A stretch of 64,000 bases of DNA from Caldilineaceae bacterium (GCA_965204525.1 OZ241994.1:2791732-2855731); one strand, 5' to 3'; shown: positions 46,747 to 55,870, numbered from the stretch's first letter. Program-made: numbers and translations. Notes: a model not told the origin generated them from the letters alone.

Positions 46747-47134
46747 TGGACCCCAATGTTTCGACCATACAATTGGGAAAACATGGAGCATTCGCGCAGA
46801 TTCGGCTGGCTCTGATCAGAGCGCGTAGTGTTGTTCAGCTTGGTGGGCGTGATCGTCGGGACTTTGACGCGCTCTCTCATAATTGTAGAAGATCCGGGCA
46901 CCTCTTACAGCAGACGCTGGTTTCAGGGCCGTATCAGGTTGGCATGAATCTCGTGCTCGCTGGACAGCTGGGCTAATCGTCTTACTCCATTCGAGCACTT
47001 CCAGTGCAACCCGGAACTTGAAGGCCGCCGTGTGCCGCCGCCGTCTCTTGACCATCGTGCTGCCCCTCCACAGGCTGGGTGACTTCCTCTTTGGATGCAC
47101 GTGAACTAGTGGTCCGGTCTTGGGGATCACTTCA
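46747..47134 (-). mobile_element. IS3-family relic: left inverted repeat plus degenerate orfA (HTH transposase) with stops and frameshifts
   Basis: MVKRRRRHTAAFKFRVALEVLEWSKTIS... resembles IS3 OrfA (xFKxxVALEALKGEKTIxEL). The terminal TGAAGTGATCCCCAAG...ACCAC..GTT resembles the IRR TGACCTGCCCCCGACG...ACCAC..GTT seen at 63702. Confidence 0.6.
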
Positions 47135-47791
47135 CTTGCCGCGCGGGAGATAGTCCTGGCCATAAGTCGAGAAATCGTGTGTCCAGAAGGCAATGGTGGA
47201 TTCGTCAGTAATGCCAGGAATCCGCGCCGCAAGTGTCAACGTTCCGTCTTCTTGGGAAAGCGACACTTTGACCTTGTCTGGCAAGAGATCGCACCTGGTG
47301 AATTCCGCGCCATTGTGTTCGGCGATAGAGCGATAGCATCTACTCAGGTCTATTTGAAACCAGGGTTTTGAGAGAATCACCCTGCCCAAAGTAACCCTTG
47401 TCAGCTCAGGATCGTAGTAGGTGGCATCTATCTGAAAGTCACGATAGTCCAGCGAAGTCTGAGCATCACCCTCGATATCGATCAGAACAGTCCACCGATA
47501 CTTTATGTCATCCCAATGTCCTATTTCCTGCCTGTTCGCCGCCTCTTCGGGAAGTTCGCGCAGGTGAAAGGTCGCGGCCAGCAGTTCGCCATCCAATGCG
47601 GAACTTACGCCGATCATGTCGACGGAGCCGGGCAAGTAGGCCGCAACTGACCCTTCCAGGCTCTGTCCTGGCGACAGGTCGGTATAACGCAACGGAAGAG
47701 TACCAATAGAATACCTCTGGTAGGGGGATGGTGGCAGAAACGGGCAACCGTTCAACAGGCAGACACATGCGGCAATCAACAATGTTTTCAT
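47132..47791 (-). CDS. Lipoprotein of unknown function
   Basis: MKTLLIAACVCLLNGC lipobox. 219 aa. The stop codon coincides with the first three bases of the IS relic end. Confidence 0.6.
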   Translation of the reverse strand: MKTLLIAACVCLLNGCPFLPPSPYQRYSIGTLPLRYTDLSPGQSLEGSVAAYLPGSVDMIGVSSALDGELLAATFHLRELPEEAANRQEIGHWDDIKYRWTVLIDIEGDAQTSLDYRDFQIDATYYDPELTRVTLGRVILSKPWFQIDLSRCYRSIAEHNGAEFTRCDLLPDKVKVSLSQEDGTLTLAARIPGITDESTIAFWTHDFSTYGQDYLPRGK

Positions 47792-47888
47792 TTATCGTTT
47801 GTACTCCTGTCACTGTGGGCCAGTTCTCAAGCGAGCGCAAGCCTTCAATCAGATCAGATGCCATCGCATTTGCCGCTATATGCCAGGT

Positions 47889-47990
47889 TGACCTGCCCCC
47901 GACGTTTGTACCACCGGTTATGTTAGTCCGACAAGCACGGGGACAGGGCCGGCAGGAATGAGGGACTCGGGCGCCGGCAGGCCGACCCTT
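47889..47990 (-). mobile_element. Solo IS3-family right-end relic (IRR plus degenerate 3' tail of orfB)
   Basis: 47889..47947 is identical over 59 bp to 63702..63760. Similarity decays over the next ~40 bp. Confidence 0.7.
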
Positions 47991-48026
47991 TCCGAGCAGA
48001 TGCTTCTCGTCTATTGGGGGAGGACA

Positions 48027-48788
48027 ATGACGCAGGGTTCCCACATTTGGGTTTTGGTCGTAGCGGTTGCGGCGTCACTTGTCGCGGTTGCCGCCTGCTT
48101 CGGGCCGCAAACTTCAGACGACTACTACGACAGGGGCGTTGCCAGGTTGGAGGACTTCAAATACAAGGGCGCCGTTGCCGACTTTGATCAGGCCATCAGC
48201 ATTCGGCCCAAATACAGCGACGCCTACATCAAACGGGCCGATGCCAAGATCGGACTTGATCAATACGAGGAGGCCATCGCCGACCTGGATCAGGCCATCC
48301 AACTGCAGCCCGATGACGGCTACGCCTACTCCAGCCGGGGCCTTGCCAAGTCCATGCTTGGTCAATACAAGGACGCGATTGCCGACTTTGATCAGGCCAT
48401 CCGACTGCGGTACCGCTACGCCTTCGATTACTATTATCGGGGCGTTGCCAAGTTCAACCTTGACCAATACGATGAGGCGATCGCCGACTTCGATCAGGCA
48501 ATACAAATACGGCCCCGCGACGCCTCCTTCTACCTCAGCCGGGGCCTTGCCAAAGCTGAACATGGTCAGAACGATGAGGCGATCGCCGACTTCGATCAGG
48601 CAATACTACTGCGGCCCCGCGACGCCTACTACTACCTCAGCCGGGGCCACGCCGAGGTGGCCCTCGGCCAATACAAGGAGGCGGTCGTCGACTTGCAGAC
48701 CGCTCTGGAACTGGCGAGCGAGACAAACGACGGTGACTTAATCCCCTACCTTGAACAAGAGATTCGGGAACTTGAACAAGTGGAGTGA
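48027..48788 (+). CDS. TPR-repeat lipoprotein
   Basis: GGAGG before ATG 48027. Lipobox VAVAAC. About six 34-aa repeats (AIADFDQAI.L.P....AY..RG.AK...). Confidence 0.8.
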   Translation: MTQGSHIWVLVVAVAASLVAVAACFGPQTSDDYYDRGVARLEDFKYKGAVADFDQAISIRPKYSDAYIKRADAKIGLDQYEEAIADLDQAIQLQPDDGYAYSSRGLAKSMLGQYKDAIADFDQAIRLRYRYAFDYYYRGVAKFNLDQYDEAIADFDQAIQIRPRDASFYLSRGLAKAEHGQNDEAIADFDQAILLRPRDAYYYLSRGHAEVALGQYKEAVVDLQTALELASETNDGDLIPYLEQEIRELEQVE

Positions 48789-49011
48789 TGGAGGAGCATC
48801 TGCGCTCTCAAACTGAACGCACCACTGGCCGGATCGTTGAGACAAGCGCTATTTTCGCCGTCGAGTGCGAATGGCCCAGAGTCGTGCGGCGACCGGTGTC
48901 GAGCAGACCCCTTTCGACCAATTCGCTGGGCGGACCTCACATTGTGAAACGATAGAGTGCCGTACTGTCAGATGAGAGGGGGTGGTATGGGGCAGTTTAC
49001 GAAGACGCCCT

Positions 49012-49815
49012 TCATGTAGGGAGTTGAGTGTTCACAGTTGAAATCGTCTTGCGCAGGCGGAAAATCAGAATCAAAGTCAAAAATGCGAGAGGCAGCCGCC
49101 ACAGTTCTTCAACTGCAAAGCGTAACCAGAGAGAGTCAATGTAAACTGTGTCCACTTGCATGTTAAGCAAGACTTGACTGACTATGTTCGGGGCATTGGC
49201 GTACACGACGTACACCAGGATCGCGAGCGGAAGGTATAGAATCCTTCGTTTCCGAACACTGGCAATGACCGCCAGCGACGTGCAGACATTGAGAACCAGC
49301 AGATTGAATACCAATTGCCACGAGAAATAAAATGTACTCCACCATGAAAAGAATCTGTTCACATGCGTCATCTTCTCGAAGAATGGGTACTGAGAAAGGT
49401 CCGGTGTGTGGTAGTAGAAGTGCTCGCCAACCATTATTATCAACGCGAAGAAACTGTAAGCTATCCCGAACAACACTCCGTCATTCCATGATGCTATTTT
49501 TGTGGGCGCGTAACGGAAGATTAGCCAGCGACTGCCTTCTCGTACCAGACCGAAAATGACCGAATGTATGATCCAAGGGGCGTAAAGCACGTCCCAAAGG
49601 AGTACAAAGAAGATTATGACCGGGAACATTGCATCATGCTCCAACAGCCGTGAAACAGTTCGATCAAAGAGTAGATGCGCCACGAAACTGATTGCGAATA
49701 AGACGAAGGCGAAGAGCAGGGGGCGCACCTGGGCCTGCGTGCGTTTCCGCCAGACGATGGCGGTGGCGATGGGCAGCCCAAACAGAATTGAAAACTTGAG
49801 TAAGAGAAAGAACAT
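49012..49815 (-). CDS. Polytopic membrane protein, family not assigned
   Basis: 267 aa with about 7 hydrophobic segments and AT-rich codon usage. A weak resemblance to intramembrane-protease-like families is not verifiable by eye. Confidence 0.5.
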   Translation of the reverse strand: MFFLLLKFSILFGLPIATAIVWRKRTQAQVRPLLFAFVLFAISFVAHLLFDRTVSRLLEHDAMFPVIIFFVLLWDVLYAPWIIHSVIFGLVREGSRWLIFRYAPTKIASWNDGVLFGIAYSFFALIIMVGEHFYYHTPDLSQYPFFEKMTHVNRFFSWWSTFYFSWQLVFNLLVLNVCTSLAVIASVRKRRILYLPLAILVYVVYANAPNIVSQVLLNMQVDTVYIDSLWLRFAVEELWRLPLAFLTLILIFRLRKTISTVNTQLPT

Positions 49816-49929
49816 TGTGGTTTATCGCCTTGAAAGTTTGTGGGGACATGGAATTCATATGAGCAACGCCAGTTCCCCAAAAAGTCCCAGCGCCCTACAA
49901 CCCAAAATTCAAAACCCCAATGTGGATTG

Positions 49930-50181
49930 TCAATCAAGAACGTACGCTATCAACGCCAATCCAAAGACGGCTCCGGTAATCCAGGCCGTGGCGAAAAGGA
50001 GGACGCTACTCAAAGATTTCCCTCTTATTTTCCAAGTTACTATTCCCAAACAAAGACATAGAAGCGCCCCCAGCGGTATGACCACAGCAGCAGTGAATCT
50101 GGTGTTCAGAGACCCATAAACCGTTGAAGGCACGAAGAAGAAGCCCGCAATGACTGCACCGGTGACAAGCCTTTCTTTCAT
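49930..50181 (-). CDS. Small membrane protein (83 aa, about 3 TM)
   Basis: ATG 50181 preceded by AAGGAG. MKERLVTGAVIAGFFFVPS... Confidence 0.4.
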   Translation of the reverse strand: MKERLVTGAVIAGFFFVPSTVYGSLNTRFTAAVVIPLGALLCLCLGIVTWKIRGKSLSSVLLFATAWITGAVFGLALIAYVLD

Positions 50182-50201
50182 GTCCGCAACTCCTTTTCCC
50201 A

Positions 50202-50345
50202 CTATCCTCCCGCCCCGACCCCGAAAGCCGTATAGGTGGCAATGACGGAAAAGACGAAACCGCCCGCCACCAATATGCCGCCGACCAAAAACGCCCAGAA
50301 CAGGAAGCCCACCTTCCATCGAATCGAATCCATGTGCGATTCCAT
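50202..50345 (-). CDS. Small membrane protein (47 aa) whose start codon is supplied by the repeated leader element
   Basis: MESHMDSIRWKVGFLFWAFLVGGILVAGGFVFSVIATYTAFGVGAGG. Upstream alternative starts (50366 ATG, or a GTG) lie within the repeat. Confidence 0.35.
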   Translation of the reverse strand: MESHMDSIRWKVGFLFWAFLVGGILVAGGFVFSVIATYTAFGVGAGG

Positions 50346-50561
50346 CCTCTGTAACAGTGTGCGCATTTCTTCGTCCACTATATGTCCTCCCATGACGAAT
50401 AACCGGAGCAGTTGTCTCGCCACCAGCATCGCCCCGAACCGTACCACCCCACCCCGCAATAATCAAACAGGCCCCGCCGTATCTCGCGACGGAGCCTGTG
50501 CGCCCAACACCGGCATCTTACTTTCGAACAGGGCGTTCATCCGCCGCGCAGCAAGTTCGCT
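50342..50561 (-). repeat. Repeated 5'-leader element, copy 2
   Basis: Homologous to 45914..46140, including the hairpin (50468..50498; stem conserved, loop substituted, weaker U-run). Confidence 0.8.
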
Positions 50562-50578
50562 TTGGCAAATTTTGTGGT

Positions 50579-50789
50579 TGGCCCCAATGACTGCACCACG
50601 AAATGGGAATAACATGGTGAATCCTTCCGGATTCGGCCGGCTTTGAACATGGCGCACAGTGTTGCTCAGCTTGGGGGGGACGAAGGTCGGGACTTTGACA
50701 CGGTCTCTAACGTTTTTGGGAGACCTGGGCCCGTCTTAAAGCAGATGACGTTTCCACCCCCGTATCAGGTTGGCATGACTCTTGTAATC
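50579..50789 (-). mobile_element. IS3-family orfA internal fragment (relic 2)
   Basis: Collinear with 46747..46958 (agtgttg.tcagcttgg...gtatcaggttggcatga). Lacks the orfA 5' part and the IR. Confidence 0.55.
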
Positions 50790-51110
50790 AAGTGAAGGGA
50801 GACGAAGGGGCATGCGTTTTCACGGGGAGCGGAGGCTTATTCATTCTGGACTAGTGCGGTGTAGACTGTGAGCAATTGGGCGCGGCACTGGGGGGTCAGA
50901 TCGTGAAAAGATGTTGCATGGTTTTTGCTGTAGTCTGGGTGGTTGTGGGGGTAGTGGGCGTGTACTTTGGCGGCGGGCTTTTGGATGTTAATTCGGTTCC
51001 CACCGCAACCAAATCCGCTGTCCGGTCAGAGGCGGAGGAGCTGGCGATTGCGGACGAGGTGGGATTGGGATTGGACTACGTGGGTCATTTGATTGGTAGT
51101 GTGGAGGGTC

Positions 51111-51320
51111 TTACATAAAATCTTCTCTGTTCAATCCAGACTGCTTGATGATGCTTCTTATTGTTCCGACAGGAATCTCTCTACTATTAGGCACAACCAC
51201 ACGAATTGGTTCATTGTCCACCCACTTTTCAAATACCATATGGCTTCCCTTGCCTCTAGGTGTTTCGACAAAACCCTTGTTTCTCCAAGATTCTACGAAT
51301 CCTCCGAGTCGGTTTAGGGG
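51111..51320 (-). pseudogene. HicA-like toxin frame without a usable start codon
   Basis: Open frame PLNRLGGFVESWRNKGFVETPRGKGSHMVFEKWVDNEPIRVVVPNSREIPVGTIRSIIKQSGLNREDFM with HicA motifs. It is bounded upstream by TAA (51321-51323) and has no ATG/GTG/TTG before the GSH motif. Confidence 0.5.
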
Positions 51321-51601
51321 TTAACCTGTTGGACATCTAACTGAACAAATCCTTCCTCGGCGAAAGTATGATACGATACTGTGGTTCTATGCTTTTCGGC
51401 TTCTTCCAGCTTGTCGAATCTGATCAAGCGTCTCCATATTTCTTCTTCTGATCCAACTTCTATCAACAACTCTATGGCTTCAATCAGGTTGTCAATAGCC
51501 TCTTCTCTTGTCTCACCCTGGCTTGCAACTTCTATTTCAGGGCATCGAGATACATGCCATTCACCTTCCTGCCATAACTCAACACTGAAGAGTCGTTTCA
51601 T
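51314..51601 (-). CDS. HicB-like (UPF0150) antitoxin
   Basis: MKRLFSVELWQEGEWHVSRCPEIEVASQGETREEAIDNLIEAIEL is the HicB/UPF0150 N-domain pattern. Confidence 0.7.
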   Translation of the reverse strand: MKRLFSVELWQEGEWHVSRCPEIEVASQGETREEAIDNLIEAIELLIEVGSEEEIWRRLIRFDKLEEAEKHRTTVSYHTFAEEGFVQLDVQQVNP

Positions 51602-51710
51602 TTTGCAACCTCAAGTCATTGAAAATCATATGTTCAAACAAGCACTGAACTTCATCTTGGCATAAAGAGTACCAAGTTTGCAGCAGATAGTCCAACCGTG
51701 AAAACAAGCC

Positions 51711-52493
51711 ATGATATGCCTTCTTAAGGTCAAAGGCTGGACTATAGTGGCCGCTATAGCATTTGTAGCGTTAGCAGGTTGCAGACAGGAAAAGACCTTC
51801 GGTGAATATTACTTGCATGGCCCAACATGGTTGAATCAGGGCGAGAATGACAAAACGATTTCAGAACTTGACCGGATCATTCGGGAACAACCCGATAACA
51901 CGGCTGCCCATATGAAACGCGCCGAAATAAAGTCCAAATTAGGTCGGTACGAAGAAGCGCTCTCTGACCTCGATCTGGCCGTCCGTCTGCAACCGGACAA
52001 CCCCGCAATCTTCCAGCGCAGGGCAGATATTCACTTGGAAATCAGTCAATTCGATGCCGCCGTTTCCAATATCGATCACGTCGTCCGTCTGCGGCCTAAC
52101 GACCCATCCGCCTACATGACGCGCGCACTATACAGATTTCAGGCCGAACAGTACCGGGCGACAATTTCCGACCTCGATAAAGTCATCGCCATGCGTCCAG
52201 ACCACCCCTCGGCTTATTATCTTCGCGGTCTGGCCTGGGCCAACTTATATCAGCCTTGGCTTGCCCTTGCCGACTATGATAAACACATTCAGATACATCC
52301 AGATAATGCCCACGCTTATGGAAGCCGGGGTGTTGCAAAGGAGCGTCTTGGCCAGCGCAAGGAGGCTCTTGTTGACTACGAAATATGTTTGCAAATGCTA
52401 GGCGACAGCCCAAGTCATAACGGGATGCGAATTGCCGTCGAAAAGAGGGTTCGGGAACTTGAAAACAGCAGAAAGGAAGAACGCAATGAGTAA
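51711..52493 (+). CDS. TPR-repeat lipoprotein (paralogue of 48027..48788)
   Basis: Lipobox ALAGC. Repeated 34-aa TPR units (A.SDLD.A.RL.PDN....RA...). Confidence 0.8.
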   Translation: MICLLKVKGWTIVAAIAFVALAGCRQEKTFGEYYLHGPTWLNQGENDKTISELDRIIREQPDNTAAHMKRAEIKSKLGRYEEALSDLDLAVRLQPDNPAIFQRRADIHLEISQFDAAVSNIDHVVRLRPNDPSAYMTRALYRFQAEQYRATISDLDKVIAMRPDHPSAYYLRGLAWANLYQPWLALADYDKHIQIHPDNAHAYGSRGVAKERLGQRKEALVDYEICLQMLGDSPSHNGMRIAVEKRVRELENSRKEERNE

Positions 52494-52824
52494 TCGCAAT
52501 GAGCCGCATATCGAACTAGGCAGAAAAACCGAAGCCGGAACTCACGCAACCGAATCTCCCGAAAAACTGTTCGGCCGCCTCGTCGCCATGGAATTGATAA
52601 CAATCTCCCTCTGCGAGGCAGTCCTGAACAATAAGGACCTCAGCCATGTCAGACGTGAATTCCTGGACCGATGGCAAAATGCTGAAGAAACTGTCAACCT
52701 TCAAACAGATAACTACCAGAAGACCAGAATAGGCGCCATTGCGAACTCAAGAAAACAATCGACCACAGAAGCATTCAGGGATTCTGTCAATGAGTTCCTC
52801 AACTACCTGGACGATATCGAGTAA
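52486..52824 (+). CDS. Hypothetical protein (112 aa), translationally coupled to the TPR gene
   Basis: ATG 52486 overlaps the TPR gene end by 8 nt (ATGAGTAA). No family recognised. Confidence 0.5.
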   Translation: MSNRNEPHIELGRKTEAGTHATESPEKLFGRLVAMELITISLCEAVLNNKDLSHVRREFLDRWQNAEETVNLQTDNYQKTRIGAIANSRKQSTTEAFRDSVNEFLNYLDDIE

Positions 52825-52946
52825 GACCCCGCCACGACACGCAGGTTGACCGCGTCCTGATTAGCAACGAAGTCATTTACTTTGGCGGGGGCGGCCTATG
52901 TATTCCTGTAGTTGGCCCCAATCTCCAGACCGCGAAATGGGAAAAA

Positions 52947-53834
52947 ATGGATAGGGAAACGGTTATTCGCAAGTTTGAGAATGTGAAATTATGGAATAGA
53001 GGCGGAGTGCGAGCACCCCATAAGCCTTTACTGGTGCTATATGCGATTGGCAAGCTGTTGCAAGGTGAGGAGCGGCTACTTCCCTATGCTGAAGTGGACA
53101 AAGAACTCGGGGATTTACTGCGGGAATTCGGTCCGAAACGGCAGAACTACCAAACGCAACAACCATTTTGGCGGCTCCAGAACGACGGGGTTTGGGAAAT
53201 TCCCGAGGCGTACTTGGTGAGTCAGACATCTAGCGGCGATGCCCGAAAAAGCGACCTGGATGTGTACGAGATTTCCGGGGGATTTCCAGAAGATATCGCT
53301 CGTCTATTGCAAGACGATCCCGAATTGGCGCTAATGATCGCCCAGGGGATGCTGGACACTCATTTTCCGTCCTCGATCCACGAAGACATTTTACAGGCTG
53401 TCGACATAGAATTGCCCTCCGCAGTGCCTGGCAACGGCAGGCGCTACTCGAACTTCCTGGCGAATGTCTTGAAGGCATATGAGTACAAGTGCGCCGTGTG
53501 CGGCTTCGATGTACGGTTGCGCCATCAGCCTGTTGCGCTGGAAGCTGCCCATATCAAGTGGCAACAGGCCGGTGGGCCGGACGTGGAAACGAACGGCCTG
53601 GCGCTGTGCGTACTTCACCAGAGGCTTTTCGACCGAGGGGCTTTTTCTTTGTCCGAGCAGTTGCAAATCATGGTATCAGATGAAGCCAACGGTTCGGCTG
53701 GCTTCCAGGAGTGGTTGATGCGCTTCCACGGTCAGCATCTCAAATTCCCGCAGAGACAGTCCTATTACCCTGACGAGAAGTACGTTTCCTGGCATGTAAA
53801 GGAGGTTTTCCAAGGAGACTATCGCGATCTGTGA
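52947..53834 (+). CDS. Phosphorothioated-DNA-binding-type HNH restriction endonuclease (SBD-HNH, ScoMcrA/SprMcrA-like)
   Basis: The N-terminal APHKPLLVLYAIGKLLQG...FGP......QQPFWRLQNDGVWE resembles the sulfur-binding domain. C-terminal HNH: CAVCGFD...LEAAHIKW...NGLALCVLHQRLFDRGAF. Confidence 0.65.
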   Translation: MDRETVIRKFENVKLWNRGGVRAPHKPLLVLYAIGKLLQGEERLLPYAEVDKELGDLLREFGPKRQNYQTQQPFWRLQNDGVWEIPEAYLVSQTSSGDARKSDLDVYEISGGFPEDIARLLQDDPELALMIAQGMLDTHFPSSIHEDILQAVDIELPSAVPGNGRRYSNFLANVLKAYEYKCAVCGFDVRLRHQPVALEAAHIKWQQAGGPDVETNGLALCVLHQRLFDRGAFSLSEQLQIMVSDEANGSAGFQEWLMRFHGQHLKFPQRQSYYPDEKYVSWHVKEVFQGDYRDL

Positions 53835-54038
53835 TCTGAGCGGGCCTTAATGCAGCCTTCCAATCAGGCTCCGTTCGCGCCGGTGTCACAGCGCGCTTTA
53901 GATTGAAGTCGGTAATCTGTGCCGAAAGGCGAAAGTGGCTCTCTTCATTCCTTACGTTGCCCAGGCACCTATCCCCACTGTTCCGTCCTAGCCTAAGGAA
54001 CAACCGAAAAGCCATATCGCATAATAGGTCCCTTTCGA

Positions 54039-54066
54039 TTGACATTGAGAGTGGGACATCTATAAT
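54039..54066 (+). promoter_or_regulatory. Consensus sigma-70 promoter for the four-gene cassette
   Basis: TTGACA (54039-54044), 16-nt spacer, TATAAT (54061-54066). GGAG lies 8 nt before the GTG start at 54112. Confidence 0.5.
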
Positions 54067-54111
54067 ATGCTCCAATCCCAATGGCATGACAAAGAGATAG
54101 GAGAAGCATAA

Positions 54112-54912
54112 GTGATCAGTTTGGAACAGGCGTTCAGCGACACTGAAAGAGCCGCGGAGTCGGCGCTCAAGGCGGCAAGAGGACTGACCACGCAGGCCAG
54201 GGCGCTCGAAAAGGCGGCCAAGACAGGAAACATTACGGCGATAAAGAGAGAACAGAAGAGGCTTACCGAGGCCCTTAACGTTCTGCAGCAGGAAGTACAC
54301 AACGCGGCATCATCCTGGTCTTTTTCGGACGAGGAGGTGGTGCGGTACCTCGACGAACGCTATACAGATGAGCTCCGGGGCGCGGCTTTAGACGTCGGTC
54401 TCAAGGTGTACGAACGTGATGGAAACGTGTTTTCCTATCCTTCGGTATTGCGCGTCCTCCCGCGTGAGAACGCAGTCAGAGTTGACAGGAAGAAGAATTC
54501 TGCCATTCGACCGACTCATTTGGCGGAAATGCTTCTCAAGAATCAGACAAAGAGCAGCGGCTATTCGTCAAATCGGTTCCTTGAGGCACTCTATTTTGTT
54601 TACTCAGGCATTTTGAGCAGAGAGGATTCCGGCCGTCTCATGAAAAGCACCGGGATCGTTGTACCTTTGATAAAGATATACGGGCTCATGACTGCCTTGC
54701 CCGGCGCTAACCGCGAGTATGACCGCAGCGACTTCGCGAGGGACATATACATGCTTGATTCCCAGGGACCCCGTCGGACGCGCAGGGGTGCTACAGTTTC
54801 CTTCCCTTCGTCAACTGGGACACGCCGAAAATCCAGCGACTTGTTTACGTTCGTAGGGCCAGAAGGCGAAAGCGTTGAGTACTACGGTCTAAGGTTCAGC
54901 GAGGACGTCTGA
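54112..54912 (+). CDS. Cassette gene A: N-terminal coiled-coil protein of unknown family (266 aa)
   Basis: GTG start with RBS. The first ~60 residues are helical heptad-like (ALKAARGLTTQARALEKAAKTGNITAIKREQKRLTEALNVLQQEV). The remainder is unassigned. Confidence 0.7.
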   Translation: MISLEQAFSDTERAAESALKAARGLTTQARALEKAAKTGNITAIKREQKRLTEALNVLQQEVHNAASSWSFSDEEVVRYLDERYTDELRGAALDVGLKVYERDGNVFSYPSVLRVLPRENAVRVDRKKNSAIRPTHLAEMLLKNQTKSSGYSSNRFLEALYFVYSGILSREDSGRLMKSTGIVVPLIKIYGLMTALPGANREYDRSDFARDIYMLDSQGPRRTRRGATVSFPSSTGTRRKSSDLFTFVGPEGESVEYYGLRFSEDV

Positions 54913-55859
54913 TGTCGAACACCATCCCGATTCAGGAATGGCTGGGCTTCATTGACAGCGAATATCTGTCAACGTTCGTAAGGGACGGCGGGGCATCGGT
55001 CAAATTCGCGGTCACGCCCGAGGAGAGGAAGCCTGAACTCTATAGCGCTCTTAAAGCGCGGTGCGAAGAGCTGGATTACGTTTTCGTGGAGTTGGACGCG
55101 GTCACCAGTCGCGTTCATATGCCCCAGGACCTCTTCTTTGCGCTGGCCAAACAGATAGACTGGCAACTTCTGGCCCAGCGGATGGTGCGACGACTGGCGG
55201 AAGAGAAGGGTTTCCGCGTTGACGGCGTAGCAGTTGTGGACGCTAACGACAATATCTACAGTTCCCTGGCGCGTGCCAACGGAAGTGAAGCGACACTCGT
55301 ACTCCAGGAGATCAGACCGGAAATAGTCAGCCGAGTCATGAGAAATCAGAAGATGGCGAGAGACTTCAAGGTTGCGATGTATCACTTTTGCACGAGCCTG
55401 GACGGCGGAGAGTCCAGGCAACCGCTGTTGGAGTGGCTTACAGGCGTTAACACGCGAATCAGCAACGTTCGCCCTTTTTCCATCCGCACCAGCATAAACC
55501 GCACCACGGCGCGACACTATATCGAGTCGGCGCTATACTGGGTGCGGCACGCGGGTCATGCCGGGACGGCACTCTTGATAGAAAACTCACGCGTGACCCT
55601 GGCAAGAAGACCCAAAGACGGATCGCGGTATTACACGCGGGCAATGACCATTGATCACTATGAGTTGCTACGTGAGTTCATTGACGACGTGGACAGGCTG
55701 GCAGCGACGTTGATGGTCGTCGTGACCAACAATGACTTCATCGACGAACAGTCGGCAAGAGGCTGGAGAATTTACTCGGCGCTGCAGACCAGGATCATGG
55801 ACGACGTTCGCGACAGAAACCTCGTCAATCCGGTTGCAGCCTTAGTCCGGTTGTTGTAA
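54912..55859 (+). CDS. Cassette gene B: degenerate (Walker-A-less) paralogue of the downstream P-loop ATPase (315 aa)
   Basis: ATG overlaps the stop of gene A (TGATG). GGASVKFAV replaces the P-loop, LLIENSRV replaces Walker B, and LMVVVTNNDF parallels the sensor strand of gene C. Confidence 0.7.
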   Translation: MSNTIPIQEWLGFIDSEYLSTFVRDGGASVKFAVTPEERKPELYSALKARCEELDYVFVELDAVTSRVHMPQDLFFALAKQIDWQLLAQRMVRRLAEEKGFRVDGVAVVDANDNIYSSLARANGSEATLVLQEIRPEIVSRVMRNQKMARDFKVAMYHFCTSLDGGESRQPLLEWLTGVNTRISNVRPFSIRTSINRTTARHYIESALYWVRHAGHAGTALLIENSRVTLARRPKDGSRYYTRAMTIDHYELLREFIDDVDRLAATLMVVVTNNDFIDEQSARGWRIYSALQTRIMDDVRDRNLVNPVAALVRLL

Positions 55860-55870
55860 GGAGGCCTGGC

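Noticed and set aside
50876-51118. An 80-aa + strand ORF with a hydrophobic N-terminus (MVFAVVWVVVGVVGVYFGG…), possibly a small membrane protein.
   Set aside because: Not reported as a feature. The start is a TTG or an internal ATG without a clear RBS, no family is recognisable, and it converges into the HicA-like relic. It remains possible but unsupported.
53740-54300. A 186-aa minus-strand ORF spanning the cassette promoter and the 5' end of gene A.
   Set aside because: It overlaps the consensus promoter/RBS and the well-supported gene A on the opposite strand. It has low-complexity Leu/Arg/Ser composition and no motifs.
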